A stretch of DNA of 64,000 nucleotides from an uncultured Erysipelotrichaceae bacterium (GTDB taxonomy: Bacteria; Bacillota_I; Bacilli_A; RF39; UBA660), in assembly GCA_902798815.1 (NCBI GenBank), contig CADBYH010000001.1, positions 69,554 to 133,553 of the forward strand. The letters are read 5' to 3'. The position numbers were made by a program, and so were the translations under genes. The notes under the pieces are model-generated. The model had not been told where the DNA came from and made no database searches. It saw nothing but the letters and a program-made list of their open reading frames with translations. Below, one piece after another: positions 25,829-35,320 of the stretch (positions within the stretch are counted from its first letter, which is position 1; each line of letters opens with the position of its first letter).

Positions 25829-26446
25829 ATGCATACAAAAAACTTAAGGAGAGTAGCTGAAGAATTAGAAAAAACACATAAAATAAGAAATCTAAAAATA
25901 TCTAGAGAAATGATAGATTATCATTGTGATAAATGTTGGTATTCCTGGGCAGAAACATCAACAGAAATAGAATTCAATGATAGATTATATAAAATTCTTC
26001 TTAAAATGTTACCAAAAGAAATTAGATTAACATTAAAAAAACTTGATAAAGAAATCTTTAAATTAAGAGTAGAAATTAAAAAATCAACCGGATGGGAATT
26101 ATTTGATAGAACAAGTATGTATCATGGATATAAACCAGAAAGACCATTCTTTAAAGAACCAGAAGTTAAACGTAATGAAAATGGTTTCTACGTAGAAATG
26201 CAAGAATCATATCTTTATCAAGAACATAAAGCAATAGATGAGAGAGCAAAACAGTTCTACGAAGAAAATAAAGAGACATTAAAAAAACTACATGATTTAA
26301 TGTCAACGAAAGAATTAATTTTAAATAAAACTATATCATTAGTTTCAGAAGAAAACAAAGATCTTACTAGAGAGATATTATTATTTCTAGGATATAATCC
26401 TAATGAAGAAAATGAAACAACATATAATAACAGATTTTTTATATAA
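25829..26446 (+). CDS. hypothetical cytosolic protein (paralog A), riboswitch-controlled
   Basis: SD AAAGGGGTGA. 205 aa with no TM segment. Shares ...LLKMLPKEIR...KKSTGW... and a C-terminal ...EILLFLGYNPNEENETTYN with the next gene. Confidence 0.7.
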   Translation: MHTKNLRRVAEELEKTHKIRNLKISREMIDYHCDKCWYSWAETSTEIEFNDRLYKILLKMLPKEIRLTLKKLDKEIFKLRVEIKKSTGWELFDRTSMYHGYKPERPFFKEPEVKRNENGFYVEMQESYLYQEHKAIDERAKQFYEENKETLKKLHDLMSTKELILNKTISLVSEENKDLTREILLFLGYNPNEENETTYNNRFFI

Positions 26447-26481
26447 AGTAGCTAATAGCTTAAAGAAGGGGTGTGATGTAT

Positions 26482-27051
26482 ATGAGTAATTACGAAAAAT
26501 TAGTTATAGAATTATGCAATATTAATAAAAAAGATTTAGCAGAAAGAATAATCAAAGTAGAGGAAAATCATGAATATCAAGAAAAAAGAAGAATAGATTA
26601 TGAATTATATTTATTATTATTAGATCTTGTTCCAGAAAGAATTAAAGATCAAATTGAAACATTAAGATTAGAAATAATTAATATGAAAAAGTCTATTATG
26701 GATCAATCTGGATGGTATGTAGATAACGATATATTTGAATTTAGTAATGGAGTATTCATGCATGACTTTAGTTATGACATGGGATATGATGTTGCTTATA
26801 TTGTTAGAAACAACAAAGAGTATAAGGTATTAGATGATTTCAAAACACCAAGTAGAGAACGTTTAGAAACTGATTTCTTTGAAACATACAAAGAACAATT
26901 AATAGGACTTAATGATATGATATGCTTATATGAATTATTATTAAGAACTTGTTCAAAATCAGTTAAAAACAACAAATCATTAGTAAATGAAATTGTTACT
27001 TACTTGGGATATAATGATTCTAAGAAAAAAAATAAAACCTATAATTATTAA
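26482..27051 (+). CDS. hypothetical cytosolic protein (paralog B)
   Basis: SD GAAGGGG at 26465-71. The ATG at 26482 has better spacing than the track GTG at 26473. Shares LLLDLVPERIK...KKSIMDQSGW...EIVTYLGYNDSKKKNKTYN with the previous gene. Confidence 0.7.
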   Translation: MSNYEKLVIELCNINKKDLAERIIKVEENHEYQEKRRIDYELYLLLLDLVPERIKDQIETLRLEIINMKKSIMDQSGWYVDNDIFEFSNGVFMHDFSYDMGYDVAYIVRNNKEYKVLDDFKTPSRERLETDFFETYKEQLIGLNDMICLYELLLRTCSKSVKNNKSLVNEIVTYLGYNDSKKKNKTYNY

Positions 27052-27056
27052 ATATA

Positions 27057-27085
27057 ATAGCAATGATTTCATTGCTATTTTTTTA
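27057..27085 (+). terminator. intrinsic terminator
   Basis: ATAGCAATGA / TCATTGCTAT hairpin plus T7. Confidence 0.7.
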
Positions 27086-27159
27086 TTAAAAAGAATGTAT
27101 TTTTATAGGAAATATGTTACAATTAAAATGGTATAGTATAGAAAAGGATGGTGATATAA

Positions 27160-28521
27160 ATGATAAATAATATTAATCAAAATATATCAAAACCATCCTT
27201 TTTATATACAGATAAAAATAACTATGAAGAATTTTTAAATGAAGCTAGAAATAACAATACATCTATTATTGGATTTACATCATTGCTACCAGAACCTGAT
27301 CTAGTCCTTCCAGATATTGATAAACCATCATTTAAAGATATTGATAAATTTATAGAATCAATTTCTAATTTAAAATACCAAGAAAAATTCATTCCAATTT
27401 TAACTGGTTTTGAAACAGAATATCATCCAATGAAAGAAGCATATCTTGCAGAAGCAAGAGAAAAAGTTGATTTCTTAATCTTATTTCAAAGACATGTTAA
27501 TAAAGGACTAATAAATACTAATCCAACAAACAATCCAAACTATCCAATTGAATACGCAAATACAGTTATTAAAGCACTTGAAAGTGGCTTGTTTGATATA
27601 GTTAAATTCCCTGATTATTTTACAAAATATGAGAGTACTATAACAGAAGAAAATCAAGAATTATATAAAGAAAATGTAGAAATTGCCAGTCAAGTAATAT
27701 GTGAAAAAGCAAGAGATTTAAATATTCCAATAGAATTAGACTTATCAAATGCAAACACTAGCCAAGTATTTGTAGAAATTGCCAGTGAGATAGATAATCT
27801 ACAAGTACTTATAAATTCATCACATAATGATAATAATCTATATAAATTAATTGAATCAAAAATTGTAAATAAATATTATAGCCCTGTAAGTAATAGACAA
27901 AATAATAAGAAACTTCAAAAACTATGTAGTAAGACATCAAATAATTCATTAACATATGAAACACATATGATTAATCAAATAATGAAAAATGCCTTTAAAA
28001 ACATAAAAGTATGGGACAATCCAGAAAATTTAGAAATAACAATAAGTTATATATTAGATCAAACCTTTAAAAATTGCGTAAAGGATGCAAATGAACAATA
28101 TAACTCAATTATAAATGATCCTGTATTAAAAAAATCTGAAAAACAACAGATTGCTAAAGAAATACTAGAAGTATTAGATAAACAAAAAATAGTTTTAGAA
28201 AACGCTAAAGAATATTTCTCTATAGCAGTTAATCTAGGGTGTAATTCAAAAAAAGAATATTTAAATATAATTACTCAAATTTCTCAATATAATTCAACTA
28301 CATCAGAACTACAAAAGTTAGATATAGAAGAACATCTTAATAGATATGCTGCTTCAAAAGGATTAATAAATATAGATAGACATGTATATACATTACGAAA
28401 AGAAAAAAACTTTTTAACAGAAAACGAAGGCTCAATAAGTATATTTGGAATTGTATTAATTTCAATAATATTATGTATTTTAGTTATTTGTTTAATTGTC
28501 TATAAAGTAATAATAATGTAA
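27160..28521 (+). CDS. degenerate PHP-fold (HisJ-like) protein with C-terminal membrane anchor
   Basis: The layout follows HisJ-type PHP phosphatases (GFETEY for GlEvDY, FQRHV for gSvH, KFPDYF for gHxD, IELDLSN for lElN). However, the N-terminal HxH and most other metal ligands are replaced. C-terminal TM helix IFGIVLISIILCILVICLIVY. Confidence 0.6.
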   Translation: MINNINQNISKPSFLYTDKNNYEEFLNEARNNNTSIIGFTSLLPEPDLVLPDIDKPSFKDIDKFIESISNLKYQEKFIPILTGFETEYHPMKEAYLAEAREKVDFLILFQRHVNKGLINTNPTNNPNYPIEYANTVIKALESGLFDIVKFPDYFTKYESTITEENQELYKENVEIASQVICEKARDLNIPIELDLSNANTSQVFVEIASEIDNLQVLINSSHNDNNLYKLIESKIVNKYYSPVSNRQNNKKLQKLCSKTSNNSLTYETHMINQIMKNAFKNIKVWDNPENLEITISYILDQTFKNCVKDANEQYNSIINDPVLKKSEKQQIAKEILEVLDKQKIVLENAKEYFSIAVNLGCNSKKEYLNIITQISQYNSTTSELQKLDIEEHLNRYAASKGLINIDRHVYTLRKEKNFLTENEGSISIFGIVLISIILCILVICLIVYKVIIM

Positions 28522-28534
28522 GAATGGAGAATAT

Positions 28535-28669
28535 ATGGAAGAAAATAAAGAAAAAACAAATAAAGAAGAATATGAAGTTCTTAAAGAATTAAATCAAAAG
28601 ATTATACTTTTTAAAAAAGATAGTGAGGAAAAAGATAAAAAAGATAATAATCAAACTATAAGGAGGTAA
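28535..28669 (+). CDS. possible 44-aa charged micro-ORF
   Basis: Below the track cut-off. ATG lies 5 nt after GGAG. It fills the gap between two operon genes and its stop is 4 nt before the next ATG. Sequence: MEENKEKTNKEEYEVLKELNQKIILFKKDSEEKDKKDNNQTIRR. Confidence 0.3.
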   Translation: MEENKEKTNKEEYEVLKELNQKIILFKKDSEEKDKKDNNQTIRR

Positions 28670-28673
28670 AAAT

Positions 28674-31600
28674 ATGAATTCATCTGATAATACATTTTTT
28701 ATAAGTAATATAGAAGATATAATGGATAGTTTAGAAGATGTGATTACAGAAATAGATGATCAATATAATGAAGATGCAGGAGAATTATTTGATAATTGTA
28801 ATTTCTCAGAATTAATAAATGTTTTAAACAAATATCGATCAGACTTTGTTACGAATAATCACATATCCGTTGAATCATTAAAAATGACATATGCTATTAT
28901 GAATCCTGAAGATAAAAATAAAGTATATTCAGATGAAGAATATAATAATCTCCTAAAGAAAATCGCTGATGTTCACGGTGATAGATTATATGAAATAATG
29001 GGAGTATCATACTATAGTTTTGATATGAGTAATCTAGATGGTTTATTGAATTATGATGATCCAAAGTATGCTAGTACATATAGAAATGTTCTTGGAAGAA
29101 AATTGATAGAAATACCAATTGATGATTCTATTAATATTTTGAAAAATATTAATAAAAATGCCATTGATCAAGATTTTATTATAAAGTTTATTGAACAAAA
29201 AAATGAATTAAAATTTGGGGATAAATTAATTGCTTTAGCAAGCGTTTTACCAAAAGAAATGTTGGAAGATGGAAAAATAGGTAAAGAAATGATTAAAAAA
29301 ATAGACTCCATTTATTTTGGATCTGAAAAACTACTTGATTATATCCCTGAAACTGCATATGATAGCGAATTAGTTGAAATGATACTTAATAAAACAACAG
29401 ATAATGGTTTTTATGCAATATTTCAGAAAATACCTAAACAACTAAAGACTAGAGAAATATATGAAAGAGTATGTAGTAATAATTCATATTTTATTCATGA
29501 ACTTCCAAAAGAAAGTATTGATCCTAATATATCTGAAGAAGAATATAACCTATGGGTAAATAAACTGATTGTTGATGCTATTAATACAGATCCTGAATCA
29601 TCATATTCATTTTTTAGAGAATTAGATGATTCAAGAAAAACTAAAGAGATATGCACAATGGTTGCTAAAAACTTATCATTTAGTAGTGAATATGAATATG
29701 GTTATTTTCTCGAAAAAGTTCCTAATAATTGTAGAAGTAAAGAATTATATGAAATTATATTAGAAAAAACTACTGAAATAATAAGAAATATTCCGCAAGA
29801 ATCATTTGATCCAAATATCTCACAAGAAGAGTATGATAAATGGTATAAATCTTTAGTAATGAATAGTATCGATAAATCAAATTCTATGATGAATATCAGA
29901 AAACAAATTCCACCATCAAAAATGGATGAAAAGCTTTGGAATAGAATGCTAGATAAATGTATTGAGACTAAGGAAGATAAAAGATGTGCATCACTTGAAT
30001 ATATAGATTATGAAAATCTAACTCCTCAGATGATAGAAAGAGCAATAAATGAAATTGATGAAACACAAATATATTATATTCCGTGTATTGATAGAAAATT
30101 AGATGGATTACCAGAACAAGAAAAAGAAAAATATGCTAGATGGCAATCATCACTATCAGAAGAAGAAAAAAAATCTTACAGAGATTTATACGAAAGACTA
30201 TGGATTGATTTTGTGAATAAAAATTCACCAGCATCATTATATGAAAGAGTTCCACGTGAAGGAATAACTCACAATATGCATATGACATGTATTGATAAAG
30301 ATAACTTTTTAGCAATCAAATGTATGCCATTACCTGAAACAGAACAAGAAAAAGAAGAATATCAAAAATTACTTATATATGCTATAAGTAAAATAGAACC
30401 AATTAATTATAATAAAGAACACTCAGATCTTATAGAAGAAAGAGATATTCTTGAAAATATACCTCAAGAATTAATAAATGAAGATGTTCTAAGAGCAGCA
30501 ATAGAAAAAAGCAGTATATATTTATCATATGCTAATGTTGATTCGGAAAATTTTGAAGAATTATTAAATATCGGATATAAAGGAAAATTAGAATCATTAG
30601 GAAGAGATAAACTAACAAAAGAGGAAATAGAATTAATTCAGAGATTTGCACACAGTAATAGTGATTTATTTAAAACATTGAAATTAGAAATATTAGACCC
30701 AAGAATTGTAAGTACAATTGGAGAAGATAGTTTAGAAATAATTACAAGATATAAAGATGTACAAAATTCAGTATTGAAATTAGCAAATAATGAAGATGCA
30801 CTAGCAACATTTGGCTTTGTTTTAGAAAACTTAAAAGAAGATAGTCAATTCATTGAACCAACAATTGAAAAATTATCTCGATCAATATCATATCAAGGAG
30901 AAACAGGATATGGAAATACAGGTTCACAATTTTTAAAATCTGTAAATAAGAGATTAAAAAGAAAAGATGTCCCTGTTACAGACTACGAAAAAGTAATTAT
31001 ATCTCATTTAGCTTTAAATACAAGAGAAGGTAAAAAAATAAATAATTACGAAGATGTTTTAACATATGTAGATAGAAAAAATAGTGAATTAGAAACTATA
31101 GTTTCCAATCCAAATGCATCATTAATAGATGTAAAAAATGCATATTTAGAAAGAGTCATCGGAATGGATTATGAAACTGCAAAAAATCTTGTTAGTACTT
31201 ATGGTAATGATCCAGAAGAGCTTTTAAGAAAATATGATAATTTAGATCCTAATGCTTATCAAGAACTTGCTGAAAAAGAAGCACTTGAAATCATTATAAA
31301 ATTAAAATCTATAATAGAAACAAATGATATTAATGCTTTAAGAAGTGAATTTCAAAAATATGTTAGTGAAGAAAAAAGAGAAGATTCATACAAAAGATAT
31401 AAAACAGCTCCAAAAATCGATTCTACATTAAGAAGAGCTTATGGAAGAGATATTACAGAATCATTATCAAAAACAGAAGGCCAGTTAGAAGAAAAAGAAC
31501 TTGAATCAGGTGAAAAATATTATGTAAGACGTGTCTCAGGTGATTTTAATAGAATGGTAAGTTTATTAGGAGCTTACAGAAAATCAGGTGCTACAGAAGG

Positions 31601-32567
31601 AGACATGTATGACAGATGGAATACCAGTGAAATGTCAGGTAATCATGCTTTATGTTACAGTTTAATTAATCAATCAAATCCTGGAACAGCTATGATTGAT
31701 GGTAAAAAAGGTGTAATTATATCTGTAAATGGTTTCAGCCCTGAAGCAGTATCTGCTGCGGCACCTTACGATTTATGCTCAGATAATAGATTTAATACGG
31801 TTCATACCTGGAGAGACCAAAGGTTTTTTAGTGCCAGAAATATGCCTAATCAAACAAGAGGAATGTATTCTGAATATGATATAGAAATTAAAGATGTAAA
31901 CGCTCCTAAAGGTACTTATAGAAAGATACAACCAGCATCAATTATCTGTTTTGAAGAAATTGATGAGGATAGTATAAATGCATCAATTGAATTATCAAAG
32001 AAATTAGTATATCCAGTGCCAATAGAATTAATTGATAGAAGAGAACTTGCAAGAAATGAAATGATCCAAATACTTGCTGCATACAATGAATTTAAAAAAG
32101 GTGATAATTTAGATCCAGCATTACTTGAACAAATTATCACAAGATTTAATAATGTCAGAAATGCCCATAGATATTCAAATTTATCTGACGAATTATTAGG
32201 TGAAAAAGAAGAAGAAAATAAACAAGCACCATTTAATAAAGAACATTTAAATCAAATAATCAAAGAATGTCTTAAAGTAATAGAGCAAAAGATAAAATCC
32301 GGAAAAGTAGAAGAAGGACTTCAAGTTTTAGAACAATTAAAAACTATAATTGCAAAAGAAAGAGAAAAAGCATACCTTATGCCAACTATGCACGATAAAC
32401 AAAGATGGACATCGATTGATATGGAAATTGATTATGCAATAGACTCTATGATAAGAACATACTCGCAACCAGTAATAACAGAGCAAAAGGAATCTCAATC
32501 GATTGATGTAGTAAGAAATTTACAAGGTCAAAGTCTTAACTCAGTCGTATATGATATTAGTTATTAA
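28674..32567 (+). CDS. giant cytosolic repeat protein (DUF4116-like helical repeats + unassigned C-terminal globular domain)
   Basis: Strong SD AAGGAGG. 1297 aa with no signal peptide or TM. Repeats include LPKESIDPNISEEEYNLWVNKLIVDAI / IPQESFDPNISQEEYDKWYKSLVMNSI and ...IPKQLKTREIYERV... / ...VPNNCRSKELYEII.... The C-terminal ~300 aa are non-repetitive. Confidence 0.8.
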   Translation: MNSSDNTFFISNIEDIMDSLEDVITEIDDQYNEDAGELFDNCNFSELINVLNKYRSDFVTNNHISVESLKMTYAIMNPEDKNKVYSDEEYNNLLKKIADVHGDRLYEIMGVSYYSFDMSNLDGLLNYDDPKYASTYRNVLGRKLIEIPIDDSINILKNINKNAIDQDFIIKFIEQKNELKFGDKLIALASVLPKEMLEDGKIGKEMIKKIDSIYFGSEKLLDYIPETAYDSELVEMILNKTTDNGFYAIFQKIPKQLKTREIYERVCSNNSYFIHELPKESIDPNISEEEYNLWVNKLIVDAINTDPESSYSFFRELDDSRKTKEICTMVAKNLSFSSEYEYGYFLEKVPNNCRSKELYEIILEKTTEIIRNIPQESFDPNISQEEYDKWYKSLVMNSIDKSNSMMNIRKQIPPSKMDEKLWNRMLDKCIETKEDKRCASLEYIDYENLTPQMIERAINEIDETQIYYIPCIDRKLDGLPEQEKEKYARWQSSLSEEEKKSYRDLYERLWIDFVNKNSPASLYERVPREGITHNMHMTCIDKDNFLAIKCMPLPETEQEKEEYQKLLIYAISKIEPINYNKEHSDLIEERDILENIPQELINEDVLRAAIEKSSIYLSYANVDSENFEELLNIGYKGKLESLGRDKLTKEEIELIQRFAHSNSDLFKTLKLEILDPRIVSTIGEDSLEIITRYKDVQNSVLKLANNEDALATFGFVLENLKEDSQFIEPTIEKLSRSISYQGETGYGNTGSQFLKSVNKRLKRKDVPVTDYEKVIISHLALNTREGKKINNYEDVLTYVDRKNSELETIVSNPNASLIDVKNAYLERVIGMDYETAKNLVSTYGNDPEELLRKYDNLDPNAYQELAEKEALEIIIKLKSIIETNDINALRSEFQKYVSEEKREDSYKRYKTAPKIDSTLRRAYGRDITESLSKTEGQLEEKELESGEKYYVRRVSGDFNRMVSLLGAYRKSGATEGDMYDRWNTSEMSGNHALCYSLINQSNPGTAMIDGKKGVIISVNGFSPEAVSAAAPYDLCSDNRFNTVHTWRDQRFFSARNMPNQTRGMYSEYDIEIKDVNAPKGTYRKIQPASIICFEEIDEDSINASIELSKKLVYPVPIELIDRRELARNEMIQILAAYNEFKKGDNLDPALLEQIITRFNNVRNAHRYSNLSDELLGEKEEENKQAPFNKEHLNQIIKECLKVIEQKIKSGKVEEGLQVLEQLKTIIAKEREKAYLMPTMHDKQRWTSIDMEIDYAIDSMIRTYSQPVITEQKESQSIDVVRNLQGQSLNSVVYDISY

Positions 32568-32630
32568 GAATCACAAGTAATTCCAAAACAACTATCACCT
32601 GATGAGATTTTAGAAATTAGTGATTTATCA

Positions 32631-33617
32631 ATGGTAGAATCAGAAATAAGAGAAGTTCATGATGCAGGATTTTATCAAAATAAAACAGCATATGGAGAAG
32701 AACATATCGCAAGAGTAATATTATATAGTTCTAATATTGCTAAAATGGAAGGACTAGATGAAAGAACTCAACAATTACTAACAGAAGCAGCTAAATACTC
32801 ATCATGTGGTAGACAAACTGATTCAGTAGAAAGACATGAAAAATACAGTTCAACCTTGGCAGCCAAACAACTAAAAGAAAAATACTCAGATGGCGATATA
32901 AGACTAATCCAAGCAGCGATAGAACTACAAAATATTGGAATGTCAATGGGAAGACAAGAAGATAAAGATAGAATAATATCTGAAATATGTACAAAATATC
33001 AAATTCCTGAAAATCAAAGAGATACAGTTCTAAAAATGTCTAATTGTTTAAATGATGCAATAGAATTAGATAGATTAAGATTTGTAGATAAGGCGCAGGC
33101 AAATAAAGAAGAGAAATTTTCTTTATTCAGATTACAAACAGATTCATCAAAAAAGTTGATTCAAAGTAGTTGTTACATTCAAGAACAATTAGCAGAACAA
33201 GAACTTGAAGAAAGAAAAAATCAAGCAAACATTACTTATGATTCATCAACTAAAAGAGATATTATGGATAAATTTTTTACTGAAAAAATTATGGGAATGC
33301 CACATCGTACTCAAGAAGAAAGAATTACAGAATCTCCATTAGTTAGACTTGAGTATTTTAAAACTAAATACCCAGAACTAGTAGATGTTGAGACAAATTC
33401 TATACCGGTAAAACAAGAAACTTCGTCTAAAGAAAAAGAAATATCAGAAAAACAAGAAAAAAGAAGGCAACAATATGAACAAAGAAAAAAACAGTTAGGT
33501 TTGAATGATGAACCTGTTATAGCGCTTGATACACTATTTCATGAACAAGAAATCTTAGAGCAGCTTGGAATTACAGAAGAAATGATAGAAGAAGCATCTA
33601 TTGGATATAGAAGATAG
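32631..33617 (+). CDS. degenerate HD-domain-like protein, in frame with the upstream giant ORF
   Basis: EEHIARVILYSSNIAKMEGLDERTQQLLTEAAKYSSCGRQ follows the HD-domain pattern H...(gld)...LHDIGR, but with HD replaced by SS. No SD precedes the ATG. It is in the same reading frame as 28674..32567, separated only by the TAA at 32565-32567. Confidence 0.6.
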   Translation: MVESEIREVHDAGFYQNKTAYGEEHIARVILYSSNIAKMEGLDERTQQLLTEAAKYSSCGRQTDSVERHEKYSSTLAAKQLKEKYSDGDIRLIQAAIELQNIGMSMGRQEDKDRIISEICTKYQIPENQRDTVLKMSNCLNDAIELDRLRFVDKAQANKEEKFSLFRLQTDSSKKLIQSSCYIQEQLAEQELEERKNQANITYDSSTKRDIMDKFFTEKIMGMPHRTQEERITESPLVRLEYFKTKYPELVDVETNSIPVKQETSSKEKEISEKQEKRRQQYEQRKKQLGLNDEPVIALDTLFHEQEILEQLGITEEMIEEASIGYRR

Positions 33618-33626
33618 GAGGTAATT

Positions 33627-35159
33627 ATGGATAATACGACAAACGACAAAAAAGAAGAAATATCTCAAAGTCAGAATAATACAATAAAAGAAGAATTAAA
33701 AGAACCAGAAGAAAAAGTTATAGAAGTAGGTTCGAAAATAAAAGATGGACAGTATAAATGTCCAAATTGTGGGTCAAGTCAAATTGAACCAAATCCCAAA
33801 ACAGGTAAATTAAAATGTGCTTATTGTGCCTGTGAATTTGATGGAAAAAATATAGAAAATACAGTTGCAGATTTAACTAAATTAAAAGGTCGTGTCAGAG
33901 GAAGTGGAACATCAAATATTAAAGCAGATGCCAATGATGTTGTAACATTAAAATGTGGAGGTTGTGGTGCTGAAGTAGTAATTGATACCGCAAATGCTCC
34001 TCACGCAAGATGTCACTGGTGCAGAAGTATTCTTTCCATAAATTCTCAAATAGAAAATGGTGCTATTCCAGATGTAATTCTGCCTTTTAAAGAAAAAAAA
34101 GAAGAAGCTAGAGAAAAAATAAATGATTTTGTAAAAAAAAGAACATTCTTTGCTAATCCTAGATTTAAAAAAGAATTTACAACAGAAAATATAATGGGAG
34201 TATATTTTCCTTATTTACTTGTAGATGCAAATTGTCATGCTAATTTTAAAGGACAAGGAGAACATAAAACAAGAGAATATCGAGTTCCTGCTGGAGATGA
34301 TGATTGGGTTACTGTTTATGATGCTGATTTATATAACGTTGAAAGAGAATATGATATGGTTGTAAAAGGATTGTCCATAGAATCTAATTCAACTAGATTA
34401 GATAAAACATCTAATAGTCAAACAAATAATATTATTAATAGTATAATGCCTTTTGATACAGAAAACTGTATTCAATATCAATCTAACTATCTTGTAGGAT
34501 ATACCTCTGAAAGACGTGATGTAAATATAGACGATATTGAACCACAAGTTGCTAAACAACTAAAAGATATTGCAAGATTTTCATCTAAAAAAGAAACAGA
34601 ATTGTTTTATGATCGCGGTATAAGATGGGACTATCAAGATTTAAAAATAATAGGTACACAATGGTTAGCAGCATACTTACCAGTATGGTTATATAGTTAT
34701 CAAGAAGTAAAAGGAAATAAAAAAGTACTTCATTACGTTGCCGTAAATGCAAGAACTGGTGAAACTATGGGAAGTGTTCCAATTAATAAACCATTACTAT
34801 TTGGAATATCTGCCATAATAGAATTTTTCTGTACTATTTTAGCATTCATCTTGTTCTTTGTAACATCAACTGGTAGTGATGATGATGATAGTGTAGGTTT
34901 CTTCTTATTATTACTAGGAGGATTTATTTTCTATGGAGTAATGTATTTAAGATATCGTAATAGTGATGCAAGACATGCCTATGAAGATGAAACAGAAAAA
35001 GAAATTTATAATATAAAAAGAAAAGATGAATTTGTTAAAAAAGAAAAAGAATTGCGTAATAGTCAAATAAAAGGGATTAATGATACCGTAATCGAAGGAG
35101 ATGTAATTGATTCAACATCAAAATTAGGAAATATAATTAAGAAAAACATAAACAAATAA
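33627..35159 (+). CDS. double zinc-ribbon protein with C-terminal transmembrane hairpin
   Basis: SD TAGGAGG. Zinc-ribbon cysteine pairs CPNCGS...CAYCAC and CGGCGA...CHWCRS. Two C-terminal TM helices (LLFGISAIIEFFCTILAFILFFV and FFLLLLGGFIFYGVMYL). Confidence 0.7.
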   Translation: MDNTTNDKKEEISQSQNNTIKEELKEPEEKVIEVGSKIKDGQYKCPNCGSSQIEPNPKTGKLKCAYCACEFDGKNIENTVADLTKLKGRVRGSGTSNIKADANDVVTLKCGGCGAEVVIDTANAPHARCHWCRSILSINSQIENGAIPDVILPFKEKKEEAREKINDFVKKRTFFANPRFKKEFTTENIMGVYFPYLLVDANCHANFKGQGEHKTREYRVPAGDDDWVTVYDADLYNVEREYDMVVKGLSIESNSTRLDKTSNSQTNNIINSIMPFDTENCIQYQSNYLVGYTSERRDVNIDDIEPQVAKQLKDIARFSSKKETELFYDRGIRWDYQDLKIIGTQWLAAYLPVWLYSYQEVKGNKKVLHYVAVNARTGETMGSVPINKPLLFGISAIIEFFCTILAFILFFVTSTGSDDDDSVGFFLLLLGGFIFYGVMYLRYRNSDARHAYEDETEKEIYNIKRKDEFVKKEKELRNSQIKGINDTVIEGDVIDSTSKLGNIIKKNINK

Positions 35160-35180
35160 GTATAACTTATTTGTTTTTTT
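35151..35180 (+). terminator. intrinsic terminator ending the 27160-35159 operon
   Basis: AACAAATAAG / CTTATTTGTT hairpin plus a T-run. Confidence 0.7.
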
Positions 35181-35320
35181 ATTTGATGATTATCAAAAAA
35201 ACATACTTATATATGGTATATTATCAAATAAAGTGTTAAATAAGTGTAAAGTAAAGTGACTAACCAATTGAAAAACAAACGAATAAAGTGTATAATATGT
35301 CATTGATTAAGGGGGATATT

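Noticed and set aside
31470-32100. ADP-ribosyltransferase-like toxin domain (R / S-T-S / E-x-E) in the C-terminal part of the 1297-aa protein.
   Set aside because: Only loose resemblances are present (YYVRRVSG, NGFSPEAV, SEYDIEI). There is no proper STS or ExE motif, so the domain is left unassigned.
35288-35320. Longer N-terminal extensions given by the ORF track for several genes (35288, 36563, 59857, 48048, 10295, 20932, 26473, 51120).
   Set aside because: In each case a downstream in-frame ATG has a correctly spaced strong SD. The extension uses GTG/TTG without an SD, or overlaps a terminator or riboswitch.
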